Positions 60,794 through 64,000 of a DNA stretch of 64,000 nucleotides are shown here, one piece after another. This stretch comes from Scyliorhinus canicula. Its lineage: Eukaryota. The stretch lies in contig NC_052158.1 in assembly GCF_902713615.1 (NCBI RefSeq), forward strand, positions 80,546,822 to 80,610,821. The letters are read 5' to 3'. The notes beneath the pieces are model-generated. The model was given only the letters and a program-made list of their open reading frames with translations. It made no database searches and was not told where the DNA came from. The stretch's first letter is position 1; every line of letters begins with the position of its first letter. The position numbers were made by a program, and so were the translations under genes.

Positions 60794-61334
60794 AATGTAA
60801 GGATGTCTTTATATAACAAGTAACATGCTCTTTCTGTACCCTGGGTGATCATCTAATTACATACAACTCTTAACTATTCCATCAGAACAATCTGTCTTCC
60901 CCCAGACAATGCACTAATTCTAAGTTTATTGTGCATCTTCATTAAGTTGCCTGTAATCATCTAGAATGCACTGTTGAAAATATGATAGGAGATTCATTTG
61001 TAACTTTCCAAAGGGAATTGGATTTGTTTTTGGAAATGGAGAAATTTGCAGGTCTATGGGGAAAAGAGCACAGGAGGGGGCTAGTTCAATAGCTCTCAAA
61101 ACACCCAGCATAGACATGATGGGTTGAATGATCTCCTTCTACACTATATGATTTGATCCTTCATACTTCTTCAGTAGTTGTCATCTTTTAGCTTTAGGTT
61201 AGTGCCACACATGCTGGTCTCAGATATCCTGATGATGTCTGTTGTATTCTCAATGGAACTGAGTTGAATACAGCCAAAATTCCTATTTAAATAATTGTTC
61301 TTTCTTCAGTCTCTTATGACTGCTCCTCCTAAAT

Positions 61335-61845
61335 TCATAAGTTCATAAGATATGGGAGCAGAATTGGACTATTTGGCCCATCGAGTCTGCTCTTCCATTT
61401 GATCTTGGCCTTAACTCCACCATTCTGCTCGTTCTCCATAACCCTTCAATTCATTACTAATTAAAAAGTTGTCTAACCCCTCTCTAAATGTACTCACTGT
61501 CCCTGCATCCACCGCACTCTGGGGTAGAGAATTCCACAGATTTACAACCCTTTGGGAGAATAGTTTCTCTTCAACTGTTTTAAATTTGCCAACATATCCT
61601 AAAACTATGACCTCTCGTTTTAGATTGCCCCACAAGAGGAAATATCCACTCCACATCTACTTTATCCATACCTTTTATCATCTTGTGTACCTCAATTTGA
61701 TCTCCTCTCATTCTTGTAAATGCGCGAGAATATAGGCCTAACTGTGCAATCTATCTTCATATAACAAGCCCCTCATCTCTGGAATCAACCTAGTGAACCT
61801 CCTCTGAACTGCCTCCAATGCCACTATATCTTTCCTCAAATAAGG
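61335..61845 (-). mobile_element. CR1 LINE 3' fragment
   Basis: FSQRVVNLWNSLPQ.AV.A motif. Confidence 0.85.
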
Positions 61846-64000
61846 GCTCCGCACTTGATTTCTGAAACCTTGGGTATAAACCATCTCAGTATGAACTTTA
61901 TGTAAGCATTATTTCAAACAACCTAATTATCCATTCACCCTCGCCAATGTTGGGCTTGCTACTGGGGTGATAGAAATATTTATAGTTACATGACTTTACA
62001 AAATACACTTGGAAATTATGGAACAAAAATTACTATTATTAATCAGATAATATATGATTAAATTTTCATTCATCAGGAATGCACATGATCAAAAATAAAG
62101 GGTCTTCCATAAAATACCGAAACAAGGAGGACTTTCCTCTCTGAGGGCTGTTACTCTTTAGGGTGATAATCAATAAAATGAATAGCGTTTATATATAATG
62201 AAAAGCCTTGGAGATTTTCAAATAGTGAAGTGATCTGTCAGAAACTGGTTTTTGGCCAATAATGACTTGCAGTTTTCTGGCAGGCTTTGGTTGACGTAAG
62301 CACGTGATTGGAAAGTTAGGGTCACAGTGGTGTAGTGGTTAGCACTGCTGCCTCACGGCGCTGAGGACCCGGGTTCAGTCCCGGCCCCGGTTTATTGTCT
62401 GTGTAGAGTTTGCACATTCTCCCCGTTTCTGCATGGGTCTCACCCCCCATAACCCAAATATGTGCAGGATAGGTGGATTCGTCATACTAAATTGCCCTTT
62501 AATTACAAAAAACAATAATTGGATACTTTGCGTTTATTTTAAAAGAACAAAAAAAAGTGATTGGAGACAGTTATCACATGATCACAGAAGGCTCTTTAAA
62601 AATAATATGCCAGGAACAATTTATGGTCCTGTGATTGTTGCAGGTCAGTCAGGTTAGTAGAACGGGGCAACACTATCACAGATCAATTGTAACCTTGATA
62701 AATCACTATTATTTTACATTAAAAGAAGGAATTATGTTGCTTTTAACACCTACATTGTGTACCAATTCATTTTCAAGAGTTCCCTCAGTACTTGATCGTG
62801 TCAGAAAACCATATGAAAAATTATTGATGCATTCACATAAATTCACATGTTACAAGATTTCAGATTATATGTTTACTCTATCAAAAAAATCACAATTTTT
62901 AATGCTCATGGTGATATTTGTACTTTGGGTACTTGTGATCAATGCTACAGCTCCAATTATTCATAGTTTACATGTCAGATTTACAGAGGAAATGACATGG
63001 CCATAATTAAAACTGATGAATCACTGTAAAATCTTTAATAGGCAATGAAAAGCCTGGTAGGCAATATGATTCCTGTGGATATGAATTTCTTTCAAGCTCA
63101 AAGTTACAACCTTTGTTCTGTATTTAACTATTTTCCCTGACGAGCAGTTTTCAAACAGAGTTACTTGCAGATTGGAGTACTGTAACATAACAATAAACAG
63201 CCTTTTTCTTAAGGATCCATCCCACAATTGTGCTCCACTTGGAACATTTGTTTTAAATCCAAATGCCCAAGGTTACAAATTGGTCGATTCCAACATACTG
63301 GCATCAACATTCTCTACTCTGTTATACTTCTCTTGACATAAAGAAGCAAATAAAAGGGTTTCTAGTGGGGAGTGCTGTAAATGTTGCAACTATAGAACAT
63401 AATCTTCCTACAGCTCCTCGAGATGCTTTGCCATTCCTGGATAGAAATGTAATACTTGCTCTGCCTGTGCATACCAAAACAATAATAAAATAAATAAAAT
63501 ATTTTTGTGTGCTTCTTTCCAAATTGTTATGAGAAAGTCTCTCAAATGGCTGTTTGCTTTTCATTTGAAGTTTTGGTTTAATCTATTCAAGGTTAATAAG
63601 ATAGTGGGGTCATTGCAAATCTCATTTAGATAACTTCAGGGTGAGTACTTGTGATCTCCTTGATCATATTATCTTGTATTTACATTTAATTAGCTTGAAA
63701 TTTGTTAGGTCCCAATGGTAGCTGAGCTGAATTTTCCGGACATGGATCACAAGATGAAAAGCTTCAATGCGTCTGACATTTTTTATCACTGATTCATTCT
63801 GAATAATATAATGGAAATTATGAAATTAAGTATCTTACAATGTCCGGAATCTTGCAGAGTAGAAATACACCTAATATATCTAGCTATGACAAATCATCCT
63901 CTTGCTCAGGAACTGGACTGCATTTATAGGCATTGCTAAGGTCCCCTACTTGGCTTGTTCTGACAAGCAGGTGTCCAGTGTGGAGGTGTCGAATTGTGGG

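Overview
Eukaryotic, repeat-rich genomic DNA from a cartilaginous fish (shark; inferred from HE1-type V-SINEs, HER1/CR1 LINEs and shark-type Penelope and Harbinger relics). Three spliced host genes can be rebuilt by hand from splice sites. (1) A minus-strand CD2/SLAM-like type I membrane Ig protein (leader-IgV-IgC2-TM; coding exons 8031-8079, 2994-3344, 1851-2123, 920/1036-1152). (2) Otospiralin (OTOS, + strand; 36573-36630, 36892-36918, 39119-39348; 104 aa). (3) The first two coding exons of COPS9 (+; 53452-53514, 57454-57526); exon 3 was not found in the window. Most of the rest is nested transposons: a full-length Gypsy (Mag-like) LTR element (47848-52524, TSD AAACC), an older minus-strand Gypsy carrying several nested insertions, several solo LTRs with TSDs, CR1/L2/Tx1 fragments, five SINE architectures, Harbinger MITEs and a hAT relic. 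The most unusual signal is that the full-length Gypsy has no tRNA primer-binding site. That position is instead complementary (11-13 nt) to its own LTR, suggesting self-priming or poly(A)-site occlusion. No prokaryotic systems are present. Repeat family names come from recall, not database searches.
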